Shown: positions 1 through 14,148, counted from the stretch's first letter. The stretch is DNA of 64,000 bases from Octopus vulgaris (GCA_951406725.2 OX597822.1:70184001-70248000); one strand, 5' to 3'. The notes: generated by a model from the sequence alone, not told the origin. A program made the numbers and translations.

Positions 1-916
1 CCTGAGAACTACATTAAGGGTGCACATGTCTGTGGAGTGCTCAGCCACATGCACATTAATTTCACGAGCAAGCTGTTCTGTTGAGCAGATCAACCTGAAC
101 CCTCATTGTTGTAACTGATGGAGTGCCAATCTTATGTTATATTAAAGGTGGTGAGCTGGCAGAAATGTTAGCACACCAGGTGAAATGCTTAGTGGTATTT
201 CATCTGTCTTTATGTTCTGATTTCAAACTCCACTGAGGTGAGACTTTGTCTTTCATCCTTTCGGGGTGGATAAATTAAGTACCAGTTGCATACTGGGGTC
301 GATCTAATAAACTGGCCTCCTTCCTCCAAATTTCAGGCCTAAGTCATAATTAAAGAGAAGTTATTATGGTAAGGGTGAAAGTGAAGAATTAAAACTGGTA
401 AGATAAAGATGGAGAGGTAAAGTGATATAGTAAGTAAGATAAATTAGAGATTAAAAACACTCTATTTCTCTCAAGCTCCTGATAAACTAAGTGAGCTTTG
501 CTTAATTACAATAGATTAAGTAATCTATGTGATTATACACTCAGTTTTGATTATGGCTGAAACACTGCAGTAACACCTTATTATATGTGTATGTCCACAT
601 GTAGACATGTATACATATGTTTATGTGTACAGGTTGCTGATATTCAAAATTTTTTTTAAATAGTTTACTCTTTTACTTGTTTCAGTCATTTGACTGTGGC
701 CATGCTGGAGCACCACCTTTAGTCGAGCAAATCGACCCCAGGACTTATTCTTTGGAAGCCTAGTACTTATTCTATCGGCCTCTTTTACCGAACTGCTAAG
801 TTACAGGGACGTAAACACACCAGCATCGGTTGTCAAGCGATGCTGGGGGGGGGGGACAAACACAGACACGCAATCATACACATACATATATATATACATA
901 TATACGATGGGCTTCT

Positions 917-977
<61 letters not shown>

Positions 978-1635
978 AATTCCAAACTTGCTTTCTTTAC
1001 CTCCAAAACCGATTTAAGAGGAAACATAGTAACTGCCAGGATTATATATCCCTTTAAACTCCTTTTTGGATATACATACATACACACATACATACATACA
1101 TACATATATTCATATATATATATGTGTATGTGTGTGTGTGTGCTAGTGGCACATAAAAAGCACAATTCGAGTGTGGTTAATGCCAGTGGCACGTAAAAGT
1201 CACCCACTACACTCTCAGAGAGTTGGCATTAGGAAGGGCATCAAGCTGTAGAAACATTGTCAGAACAGATTGGAGCCTGGTGCTGCCTCCTGGCTTGTCA
1301 GTCCTCAGTCAAACCATCCAACCCATACCAGCATGGAAAGCAGATGTTAAAAGATGATGATGATGATGACGATGATATATGTATATAAATAAACTCATTA
1401 CCAATTCAAATATGTTTGAGGCATATTCAAACCTGTAAGAAAGCTATTCACTGTATATTGTCATGGAGGAAATCTCTTTGGTGTAAACATATTAAGTCAG
1501 CTCACAGCGCCCCCTAACCGGACAGTTGGATGCATGCATTTCAGAGTGGTCATCTCCTCTCTAGGAACAGACACTGAAGTGATGGACGCTATGAACTGAC
1601 AGGGGAGGCAGGTCCCTGATATTCCCGTCATCATT

Positions 1636-1685
<50 letters not shown>

Positions 1686-1907
1686 ATTTATATATGTGTA
1701 TATATTCCCCCTCTCTCGTTCTTTTGGAGAGGCACTGAGCAGCTATATGCACACAGCAGTAACTTCTGCCTACCGAATTCAATCACAAAGCTTCAGTCGA
1801 CTCGGGGCTATTGTAGAAGACACCTACCCAAAGTGCCACACAGTGGGACTGATCCCGAAACCATGTAGTTAGGAAGCAAGCTCCCTAACCACACAGCCAT
1901 GCCCGCG

Positions 1908-1960
<53 letters not shown>

Positions 1961-2569
1961 CATTAAATAAAATATTTAATTCTATAAAAAAATGCATACA
2001 CTTTATATGGAAAAAAATGTCATTAGTATTTTTTTTATTGAATTACATATTTGCACTCCGTTTAATAATATGAAATGTTCTTAAATTAAGTGTCCATTTT
2101 TGTGGCTTTATTATTACTGTCAATAATTGATTTATGATAATTAAAATTTTTTGTGGTTAAACTTAATTCATTTAAAAGAATAAAAAGGAAAATCTCATAT
2201 TCATTCATACATAGTTTAAAGCATAAATAATTATTAGAATGGAAATAATTAACATATAATAATCTATTTAATCTTGTCTCTAAACAAAGTGACGCAACTC
2301 TGTGTGTGTGTCTGTGGTATGTTCCTGCAGTTACTGGTTGTTATATAAAGTTTGTTTAGGGTTTGGCAGCAGACAGACTGCTGCCATACTACAGGAATGT
2401 TGAAGGAGTTGAGTTGGGTGCACAGGTGCAGATCACAGCTGATACATAGATAAAATTACCATTTCCTCTCAATTTTTTCATTAGATATTTGTATTCACCT
2501 TTTTTCTTTTCTGTTCTTAATCTTCTAGTACTATCAGTTTCTGTTGTTATTATTAGTATTATTAAAAAA

Positions 2570-3225
2570 GTGGTGAGCTGGCAGAATCGTTAGTACACTG
2601 GGTGAAACGCTTAGTAGTATGTTGCTTGCTGCTATGTTCTGAGTTCAAATTCTGCTGAGGTCAATTTTGCCTTTCATCCTTTCAGGGTCAATTGAATAAG
2701 TACCAGTTATGTACTGGGGTTGAGATAATCGACAAATATCCACATTCCCCAAGCTACCTGTGTAGCAAAAATTTGAAATAATTAAGGTGGCGAGCTGGTA
2801 GAAGTGTTATAGCATGCCAGGCAAAATGCTTTGCGGTATTTTGTCTGCCGTTACTTTCTGAGTTCAATTTCTGCCAAGGTCGACTTTGCCTTTCATCCTT
2901 TTGGGGGGGTCAATGAAATAAGTACCAGTTATGCACTGGGGTCGATATAATTGACTAGCCCCCTTCCCCCAAAATTTTCAAGGCCTTGTGCTTAGAGTAG
3001 AAATAATTATTAGTATTATTAAGACAGCAAGCTGGCAGAACCATTAACACGCTGGGCAGAACACTTAGTGCCATTTCACTCATCTATACATTCTGAGCTC
3101 AAATTCTGCCAAAGATGACTTCACCTTTCATCCTTTTGGGGTCAATAAAATAAGTACCAGTTGAGCACTGGGGTCGATGCAATTGACTTAATCCCTTCTC
3201 CAAACTTGCTGGCCTTGTGCCAAAA
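2570..3225 (+). mobile_element. Three head-to-tail family A SINEs (about 2570, 2786 and 3022)
   Basis: The GAGCTGGCAGAA...TTTCATCCTTT.GGGGTCAAT...AGTACCAGTT...CTGGGGT unit occurs three times, separated by short ATT-rich tails. Other copies at about 146-340, 16950-17170, 28124-28330 (+) and 41145-41250 (-). Confidence 0.8.
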
Positions 3226-3260
3226 TTATTATCATCATCATCATTATTATTATTATTTAT

Positions 3261-3810
3261 TATATTTGCACAGATTCTAATGCTGGAAATGTACGACGGT
3301 GCCAGCTATTCACTATCAGTAAACTAAGGAAACACCCCTTATTTTTCGAGCACCATCTGGAGTATTCAAGCATTTCCAGGCAGTGCTGTTTTCTGCAAAT
3401 GCTCTACCCTTACTGCAGCCCCTATTTGTTCCATATACTTTTCAAGATTTTTTCTCACTGTTCCCAGGGGTCTGACAATTATCTTTTTTAGCAACCATAA
3501 CTGCTTAACCTCCCAAGCTAACCTGTCATATCTATCAACCTTCTTCCTTATTGCATACCTTGTTGTCAGCTGGTCATGCTATATCTAGATCCAGCATCAT
3601 TTGCTTTCTTTCTCAATTAACACTATGTCTGGTTTCCTATTCTCTATCTCACAGGCGCACTCAACCATAAAATCCCATAGGATCTTTGCATTATCATTTT
3701 CGATGATGACTTCGGGTTTATGTTTGTACCACTTTTTTGCTCTGTCAAGTCTATACTTGTTGCGAAGTGTCCAATGGACAGGCCTTACTATATTGTCATG
3801 ATGTCTCTTA
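3261..3810 (-). mobile_element. Non-LTR retrotransposon 3' fragment, RLE domain (R4/Dong-like)
   Basis: The minus strand reads RHHDNIVRPVHWTL...KWYKHKPEVIIENDNAKILWDFMVECACEIENRKPDIVLI, later LQKTALPG. (ATT)n tracts flank both sides (about 3225-3263 and 3817-3862). Confidence 0.85.
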
Positions 3811-3824
3811 TTTTACTATTATTA

Positions 3825-3864
<40 letters not shown>

Positions 3865-6800
3865 CTATGTATTTTATTTTCTGTCATTAAGATGTGTTAA
3901 TGTAAAATCTCCCAACAGTTGCTGGTTGGTACATTCACTTGTCAATTTATACAAGGTTGCTTTTAGGTCTGTTACGAGAGACTCAAGGCTGGAGTTTAAC
4001 CTGATCCCCTTGGCATATGTACAGCTGAGATTACAATGCTTCCTCTTGAACAGGACATCAGTCTGTTGCAGGTTTAACTTCCCATCTATTACTATAACTT
4101 ATTTGCAAGTTAGTGGACTGGAGCAATGTGAAATGAAAGTGTTTTGCTCAAGAACACAATACACTGTCTGGTCTGGGAATCAAAATCATGACCTAATGCT
4201 TATGAGTGCACTATCTGAATCACTAAGCCCTGAGCCTTTACAGAGGGTCCCTTAATCTCCTTTAAATGAGACAGTCTCTCATGTCCTAGTGGCATTAGAA
4301 GGTTCACCTAGTACAGAATAAAGTAGTTGTGATAAGAAGGGTATCTGACCATAGAAAACTTGTTAAAAATATTATATACGAGATAGGAACTCGTCAAGTG
4401 ACATTGCAGACTACCGTCTAGGGAGGCAGTAATTCCAAATAAGAAAGGATGCAGAGTAGGGGGCACCTTTTAGCTTCCCCTACAAAGAATGTCCTGCCTA
4501 ACGCCAATGGTGTGATAAAACATGCTCTGATAAAGTATGTAACACCAAAGTTGTTTTGGTTTTCTGTTACTGTGTATGCTGGATGACAGAGACTATAATG
4601 ACCCCACTCAACCCATATTGGCTTGGTAAAGCAAGATTTAAAAAGGAGGAAGAAGAAGAGGAGAAGAGGTAGAAGAATGTATGTATGTATCTGTAAGTTC
4701 AACTTTGTATATGTGAATTCAGCTTTTATTGATCCTTTTGGGGTCAATATAATAAAGTACCAGTGAAGAACTAGGAGGTCAATGATATCAACTGAACCTT
4801 TCCCTAAAAATTGTGTACCTAAATCAGAAACTGTTCTTTTTTTTCAAGGATTTTTGTTATTTAAAAAAAAAGTTATTTGTTTATATATAGTTACTTTGGT
4901 AAATGCTGGTTGCCTTAGAAGTGCCGGTGGGTGTCTCCATTACAGTGTTTTTAATTCATCATCATCATCAACAACAGCAACAAGCCTGTTTTTCCATGCT
5001 TGCGATGGTTAGACTATTGTGAAATTTTTAGCCACTTGGGAAAATGTCTTGGCTAGATTGCTTGTTACTATTAGGTAGGAAGTATGGCGTGTTAAATCAA
5101 ATCATGTTAGCCTGGAACACTCCCAACTTGTGAGAAAAAACAAAACAAAAAAAAATCAACAAAAAAGCAACAATATTTTTGCCTTCAAACACAAAATTCT
5201 CATAGTAAAACAAAAAAAAAAGAAAAAAGACGTAATTTTGTTTTCTTTTGTGATCTGGATGGGAATGTGTATTTTTAACTTACTATAATATTTAGATCAC
5301 ATTTCTGTTTGTTTATCAAAAATCCCTGTTACTGCTTTGATATTTCATTAGTTTTCCGTTAGTTATCTATGGGCTCAATGTAATTATTTGTTCAGTGAAA
5401 TATGTAATCAAATTCTGTGGAAGCATAACGATCAAGTGAATATTGTAAATTTCATTCATAGATCTTCAGCTGAAAAGTCTCCGCAGGCATTGCATTGTGT
5501 ATTTAAGACCTACATAAAAATTCATCGGTGGAAGAATAATATGTAAATTTATGATGCATTCCACATTTTGTTCTTACTGTTCAGTCAGTGAGTGATTGGA
5601 TGGGTGTGTTAATGCAGGTCATGGTCACTGCTTTCTTTTTCTTTTCACTCTCTTAATAAAAAGAAAAAAAAAAACAAAACAAAATAACCCCCCACCACCG
5701 ACATGGCCATGTGGTGAAAAAGCTCAGTATGCAACCAATTGGTTTTGGGTTTGGTTCCACTGTACAACACCTTGGGCAAGCGTCTTCTGCTAACCAATAC
5801 TTGGTGAATAAATTTGGGAGATGGAAACTGCGTGGAAGCCTCATGTATGCATGCACGTGTGCACACACATGCACTCATGCACCACTCCCACACACAAATG
5901 TCTGTTTGTGTTTGTCCCCACTACTACCATTTGACATAAAGAACTAGTAGAATAAATACTAGACTTTTAAGAAAAATAAGTACTGCTTGTGTACCAGCAT
6001 GGCTGAAGTCCAATGACTGAAGCAAATTAAATAAGATTGCTGTCCAAGAATAAGTACTAGGCCATTTTGGAAATGTCTGAGACTGGTGTTTTATCCAGTA
6101 AGACATTTATGTCTTATCCACTGAAAACCATCATCATCATTTAACATCTGCTTTCCTTGCTGGCATGGGTTGGATGGTTTGAATGTGGACTGGCAAGCCA
6201 GGAGGTTGAACCAGGCTCCAATCTGATCTGGTAAGGTTTCTACAGCTGGATGCCCTTCCTAATGCCAACCACTCCAAGAGTGTAATGGGTGCTTATTATG
6301 TACCACCAGTATGAGGGCCAGTCAGGCCATACTGGCATCAACCATACACAAATCGTGCTTTTTATGTGCCACTGGCACAGGAGCCAGTCAGGTGGCACTG
6401 GCAATAACCACGCTCAAATGATGCTTTTTACATGTCACCAGCACGGGAGCCAGTTTGAAGGAACTGGCTTTGAGCACACTTAGATGGTGCTTTTTACATG
6501 CCAACAGCACAGGTGCCAGTCATTAATGTCTTATGAGTGAAACAATGGATGTTATACAATCTTAATGCAAGGAAATTAAATTCAACAATTCTAGTTTAAG
6601 TTTTTGTTGCAGTAACATTTAAATAGTCTAGATATCTTTCACTTGTCTCAGTCACTGGTGTGCAACCATGCTGGGGCACCTCCTTGAAGTGTTTAGTCAA
6701 ACAAACCAACCTCAGTACCTATTTGTCTTAAACTTGATGCTTATTCTGTTGGGCTCTTTTGCTGAACTGCTAAGTTATGAGGCTGTAAACAATCCAGCAG

Positions 6801-9800
6801 CAGTTGTCAAGCAGTGAAAGAAAAACACGCACATACACACATGTGCATACACACGCACGCACACACATACACACACACAGTTTTTGTTGACCAAATTCAC
6901 TCACAAGGCATTGGTGGGTTCAGAGTTATAGAAAAAGCTCTTACCCTAAGTGCCATGCAGTGGGACTGAACCTGAAACCACCTGGTTACAAAGCAAGCTT
7001 CTTAACCACACTACCATGCCTGCATCACCTATCCACTATTTCTTACAATTCTGTCTTCTATACTTCTTCTTTGTCTCTTGGAGCTGTTTGATATTCCATT
7101 TTTATAATAATTAAACAGCTAAAGAAACTGCTGAAGGTTATTTTAGTTTACAACATTACAGCAGTTAAGTTGTCCAATGAAAAGACAAAAAAAAACAAGA
7201 AAGTTTCTGGAATATTAGTGAACAAAAGCTCCTTCTTAATAGGATAATCTCTGAATCATACATAAGTGGAGTCTCAGCATGGCTGCAGTCTAGTGACTGA
7301 AACCGGTAAAAGATAAAATTAGCAGATTTATTATGGAAAGCCTAATTAACTATGGTATTTGTTCTCACATAGTATCTCTATAATCATACAGTGTTAAAAA
7401 ACACAAAAATACATCAGTAGCAGATGAAAATTGCCAAACAGTGATGGTAGCATTGCTAAATGTGCATTTCTGCATGCTTGGGCTTTGTCAGTAGCAAGTA
7501 TCCACTGGCAACTGCATGCTAAGATGAAATCACCATTATTGACTGTAAAATAACTGATGTTGCAAGTAATTATCAGGATGAATAATTATATATATATTAA
7601 TTTGACCAAACTGTTGCTTATTACTTATAAAAATTATTCTGTTTCTGGGATATTCTTTTATTGGGCACAGTCTTCAAGGACTTTAATGATCATATCATAT
7701 CGGCCACAGCACTAATTTCAACCTGGTACTTACTTTTATGCATCCCTGTTTGTTGAGCCACTGAGTTATAGGACATAGAAGGACACAATCTTAATAACTC
7801 CACTTTTTAAACTGGTGGAAACACTAGCTTAAATACATGCACACTAATGTGTATCCATGTTTTCATGCATGTGTGCACATGTGCACGCACACACACACAT
7901 ACACACACACACAAACATTATTGAACATACATACTCAATGTATGTGTTTTGCTTGTCCACTGGTAGGTTGCAATTTGGCACAGTGTAGATGACTCCATCA
8001 AAGCACCCGAGAGTCATAGATAGATGAGACAACTCACCCAAATACCATTCAGGAGTGATGGATACTGGTTTTGGTCATTTTCGTGGCTTATCAGTATCAC
8101 GTGCCTGAACTGAATTGGAGGCGAACTAAATCACCAGTCCATGACTATAAGCAAATAGTGTAAAAAACACTATATGCTGCTTTGCCTGGACGATGCATGT
8201 GTAAGAATAGATTGAAATATAAATTAGAAGCAGCACTAGGGTTGTAAACATTATCGAACACGCGTATTTATAGCAGGATCAAACCTGGAACCACATTGTT
8301 ATTTTGTTTTTGTTTTTTATGCTGTTTTTTTCTCTCTCTATGATTGTCTTTCCTTTGTAATTCTTGAATTGAAGGCACATATCAATAATGACATGAAATA
8401 GATGTGATTTACTCCCCCCCCCACCTCTTCCAATTACCATCAATCATATTTGGTAAAATATTAAATAAATTGTTATTGACTTTTTCAGTCTAGATCTGCA
8501 GTGCTAAGTGTTGGATAAAATAGCTTTAACAACACCAATGGCAATATCCTCATTTTCCAATATGACTCTTTTTTTTTTGTTTTGTTTTGTTACCCAAGCA
8601 AATTTGTCAATATTTAATGTGTGTTTGAAAAAAAAAAAAGAAATAAAGAAATAAATTTTGTCTGAATCTATAATGGTAACTAATGATAGAGATCTCAATT
8701 TTTTCAATTCAAATATTTTAATATTTTCAATTGCTCTTTGATATCGTCTCTTTTCTTCACAAAATTCTTTAATTATTTATACCGAAAATAAACTAAAATT
8801 TTTCAAATATATATAAAATTTTAGTGTTATGTGTGTATGTATGCATGCACATACATACACACATATAATTATACATGTAATTTATATATAATACACAGAC
8901 ATACACACACACATACATACATACTAAACTAAAAGTTTATATATGTATATCATTTTAGTTTAGTTTAGTGTGTGTGTATATATATATAAAAATTATATGT
9001 GGCACTTAAATTTCTGACATAAATCTCAGTCAATGGTTCTGAAGGATTATAATATATGATAAAAGAAAGAAAATAGAGAATAAACTGTTGTTTACTGCGT
9101 TTGTGTGCAACAATTTATATATCTATTAATTTTAGATTTTAACAGCTTTTTCTTTGTCGTTTTTGTTTTTGAAAGACAAATTGCTGAGTTATCAGCTTTT
9201 ATGATAAATTGCTCATATAAAAGTGAAAGTTTAATAATAGTTTTTTTCAAAATTGCAATGCAACTCACCCCTACAAGCAAAACTCTTCCCCCTCCCACCC
9301 CCACCACCTCCTGTACTATACTTGGTTGAGTGAGAAACAAAAAAAAGTTAAATGAGCAGTGAAGGAGGAGGAGGAGGTAGAGGGACAAAAGAGCCTTCTG
9401 ACTGTGTAAGAAGAGCAAGTGACAAATGAAAAAGGGCAGGAGTCAACAGCGGGAGAGAGAAGGGATGGAAAAAAAGCAAACACTGACGACGACTGCGGTG
9501 GTGGTGGTGGTGGTAGTGTTGAATGGAAGGAAATTCCTTGTCTGTCTTGAATAAAATTGCTGAGATATTGAAAAACAAATCTTCGACTTTCGCCCCACCC
9601 CACCCTCCAATCCTCCCCAACTTTACCAATCACCCACTTCCAAAATCCCTTACAACTATTTATAATGCATGACTGGAGACTAAGTTAGTCTCTTAAGTGC
9701 TTCAATTGATTTTTTTTTTGGGTTTTTTTTCGCTTCTCCAATGTCAATGTAGTTTCATATTCACTGTTTTATCATCATTATTATTATTATACTTGTTGTT

Positions 9801-12800
9801 GGAAACTGAAGATGCTTATTTTTCTGCCTTTTGTTTCCCTTCTTGAGATCACCTCTCTTACCTGTACCCCACTTCTCTCTCTCACAGGTAATTTCTATAT
9901 TGTCACTTTTATATCGATTACTCTTTAATAAAGATGGTATTTTATTGCATCCTTTCTTTAATAAAGGAATGACTATTTAATATATTGTCTACCTGTTATT
10001 GTCTTTCCTTAACATGTTGATGGTTATTGTATTGTATTCCATTCTTAAAAATTTAATTTTTAGTTGTTTTTTTTTTTATGAAATATTACACCATAGATAT
10101 TGTAAAAATAAATTGTATTACTTGAGAATTCCATTAGGCTGTAAAAGAGTAAGTGTAAACTATATTCACACATGGTTGGCAAGGTTTTCATTCCTGGACT
10201 AATAGCACTTGCTGATGAAAACTACACCACCACCACCACCACCACCACCACCACCACCAACAACAACAACCATTAACTTTGAAAAATACTATCAAATGTA
10301 TAACCCCCACTAGCATTTTTTTTTTATTACACTCACTGACTTAGACATTTTCATGTTTCCTGTAATTTATATAATATTTTTCTTTGTTAATACCATTCCA
10401 ACCCAACCTTGGTTAACTCTTTTTGTACATCTTAGTATTTACAGAATGATCTGTGGTTCTGGCTTAACATGTATTGAAATGTTGTATGTGTTTAGTATCG
10501 GTCAAAGTTCCTTTGTGCATGTATGTATGTTTTGGTAGTAACTGTTTTCTAAAACCGTCTTTCTTAAACTATGGGGTCCTACTTGTTGATAGCATTAATT
10601 ATTCTCTTTCCACATTCTTTGTGTTAATTTGTTGATAATTATTAAAAATACCAGAAACCTAGGAATTCAAGTGCCTATTACTATAATCATAATAATAATT
10701 ATTTTTATAATTAGGCAGTAGAGAGGCAAAATGGCTTGAGTGCCAAACTACTTGGTGATATTTAATTATATCAATTTCTCATCTAGGTTTAAATCTCATT
10801 AAGGTAGACTATGCTTTTCATCCCTTTAAGGTCAATAAAATAGGGAGCAGTCATAGACGAGGGTTGATTGTGCTCACTTTTGGTTGTGATGGTAAGCTCT
10901 GATGCTATTGTTGTTTTGGTGGTCTCTATTGCTGCTGGTGTTGCTGTTGCAGTGTTGTATTGTTGGTGTTATTGCTGATGTTGTTGTTGTTGTTGTGATT
11001 GTGGACTTGACATCTGTGTCAGTTTTGTCCTTTTTTCCTTCTGCTATAGGCAGAAGGCTCTTAGGTAGTTGGTGTTTCCACAAATGTGGCACATGAGCTT
11101 TTCCTATTCACAATCACAAACAGCTGGATGCAGTTTAATCATGTCAGGGATGTTTCTAATCTCTTCCTCACTCATTTGGATAAGAAACTTCTTTAATATC
11201 CATCCTTGGTCAGTTCTCTTGGTGTAACTTGTGTACCACTAAGATATTCACCTCCTCTTCTTTATTGCGTCTCCTGTTAGAGCCCTGTGCCAACCAAAGC
11301 TTTGTGATTAGATTTGGTGGCTGGAAACTCAAAGAAGCATGTCATGTGTGTCATCAATGTCATCGTCATCCTCGTCAAATAATGTCCCTTTTCCTTGCTG
11401 GCATAGGTTGGTTAGTTTAACAGGATTTGATGAACCATGGGGTGGTGTGTGTGTGTATTCATGTGTCTTTGTCTTGATATGACATGCAAATTATAAGCAA
11501 AGATCACAATAAAAGAAGTGATATTCATTTGCAATCCTCCATGGAAACATGTGCAACTATTTTGCTGCTCATATTCATAGGACTTAGGGAAATATTTACC
11601 TTACTTGGAAACTAGTAAAGATTAGTGACAGGAAAAGCACCGAAAATTAGTCTCAGTGATTTTTGCTTAACCCATACAAGCATGGAAAAGTGGATGTCAA
11701 AATGACGATGGTGATGATTAGTGATAGAATTGATTTCTCTCTCCATTTTTTTTGCTTCAATATATTTTGGAATTCTATTCAAGGGACAAGCTTTTCAGTT
11801 CAGAGTTAATCTTTTGAGAGGACTCCACTTTTTTCAGAACTGCATTTTACTGTGATCTTAACATTTAGTAATCAAAATTCATCATTGTTTTTGTTACTGA
11901 CTGGTTTTATCCTTTTGTATTTGTTAATGCTTTATTATTTTTTAAAAATTGTGTAGATCTTATTTTAAGATAGTCTGTTTTCCAAATGATAATGATGAAA
12001 ATAAAACAGACTGCCATAGTCTGTTTTATTTTCTTTTGTTTGTATTTAAATGTTTGTTTTGCTTTGTCTCATTTGTTCCAAGTGTTAATGTGTGTATTTT
12101 CCTTTCATGTGTATGTCACGTAGACTGTATATTTTGTGTGCGGTAACATATGTAATATAAGAATTGATTGTGTTTACTTGGGTTGTTCCATTTTGTTTTG
12201 TTAGCATTCATTCTGCTCTGTTCACTTTGTTTGCATTCTGACCACATTTCTGGTATTGTAGCTGTATTAGAAATTGATAATATTGTGACTGAATTTATTT
12301 TTTTAATGGTGGAACATGAAGTAGATAAAGCAATGAAAAATGGCATGTAAGTATTGATGCAAAAAGCACTTTAGATAGAGAAACTCAATGGTTACCTATG
12401 GAACTCAAAACCACATCTTCTGTGAGTGAACATGATAGATGTTCGGTCTCACAGGCCACCCTTGGCTTTCTGTCTAAAGGGGCTTTTAACCCAATATTTA
12501 CACACTATTTTAAAACATTATTTATTATTCATAGCTTTGAGTTCCATCATTAAAAATGAATTATTTCATGTCTCTTAAAGTTTCTAAATTCTTGTGACAT
12601 ATATTATGACAAATTTCCAACTGGAAATATTAACCTTTAATGTAATGCTTATTTGTTCTCATTGTTTGGAATTAATAAGTTATCTTGTAGCTTTAAGACT
12701 TTCACGATATGATTCCTTAATCCTTAAAAATGTTTTAGCCCGAAGGCCGCGGCCATGCTGGGGCACTTTTATTTTCTGAGTGACATTATAGGGTAGATAT

Positions 12801-13676
12801 GAGAGGCCAGATCTGGCCAGTTTGAACATAAAGCAAATTAGAATATTTTTGGCTGAATGCAGCAAGATTAAATGCTAAGGGGTTAAACTTGATTCAATTT
12901 TTGTGATTCCTCTCCATTTGTGTCCAGAAAGGCATCAGGGCAGAGCCTTTATTTTTTTTCTTCTTTTATAAATTCAAGAATTTATGCCTATTGAAGACAT
13001 TATATATAATTTCCTTCTGAGTTTGATTTTCTCATTAATTCTTGCTGGTGCCAGTCAACTGATTTTATATACGAGTGTGGTCAATGCAAGTGCCAGCTGA
13101 CTGGCTCCCATGCTGGTGACATGTAAAAAGCACCCACTACACTCTCAGAGTGGATGGCGTTAGGAAGGGCTTGACAGTCCTCAGTCAAACCATCCAACCC
13201 ATGCCAGCATGGAAAGCGGATATTAAATGATGATAATGATGATGACTTAGTGACATTATTTAATAGTTATGTTAGTTACATATTTTGCAGGGTCCACTTT
13301 AGTTTTACTGGGGTTTTAACAAAATATATAGTAGTAAGATGCTAGAGTTGATTCAGTAAGATCTACGCTACACAAAATAAGCTTGTCAAACAAAACAAAT
13401 CTCAATATCTATGTTAGTTTTAGGAGAACTGAAAGTATAAAAAAATTTTTAAATGTGTAAACAGCAGCAACAAAATACAATTTATTTATAAAATTATGAG
13501 ACGTATCTTGTCCTCATTCACAAAATATCAAACAATTTGACATTAAATGTTTAAAACGTAATATTCTTTATATGTGGTTGATTTTTACTGTTCTACTTGG
13601 CTTATTTAATTATATGTGTATATGTGTGTGTGTGCACTTACGCATACATGCATATATTTGCATATATCTACATACA

Positions 13677-14148
13677 ATGGAGGTGCAATGGCCCAGTGGT
13701 TAGGGCAGTGGACTTGCAGTTGTAGGACCACGGTTTTGATTCCAGACTGGGCATTGTGAGTGTTTATACAGCAAAAACACCTAAAAGCTCCACGAGGCTC
13801 TCACAGGAGCTGGTGGTGAACCCTGCTCTACATTTTCACCACAACTTTCTCTCACTCTTTCTTCCTGCTTCTGTTGTACCTGTATTTTAAAGGGCCAGCC
13901 ATGTCACACTCTGTGTCATGCTGAATCTCCCCAAGAACTACGTTGTAAGGGTACACATGTCTTGGGAGTGCTCAGTTACTTACTCTTTTACTTGTTTCAG
14001 TCATTTGACTGCGGCCATGCTGGAGCATTGCCTTATTCTATCGGTCTCTTATGCCGAACTGCTAAGTCATGGGGGGCATAAACACACCAGCATCAGTTGT
14101 CATTGTCAAGCGATGTTGGGGTACAGACACACAAACATATACATACAC

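Noticed and set aside
4420-4625. GC-richer island possibly from the CCHC/RLE region of a non-LTR element
   Set aside because: Too degraded to read convincing motifs by eye; needs a translated search.
13680-13750. tRNA-like sequences with A/B boxes (also about 19105-19170, 26420-26485 and the family B heads)
   Set aside because: They are SINE heads that continue into repeat bodies, and I could not build a complete cloverleaf.
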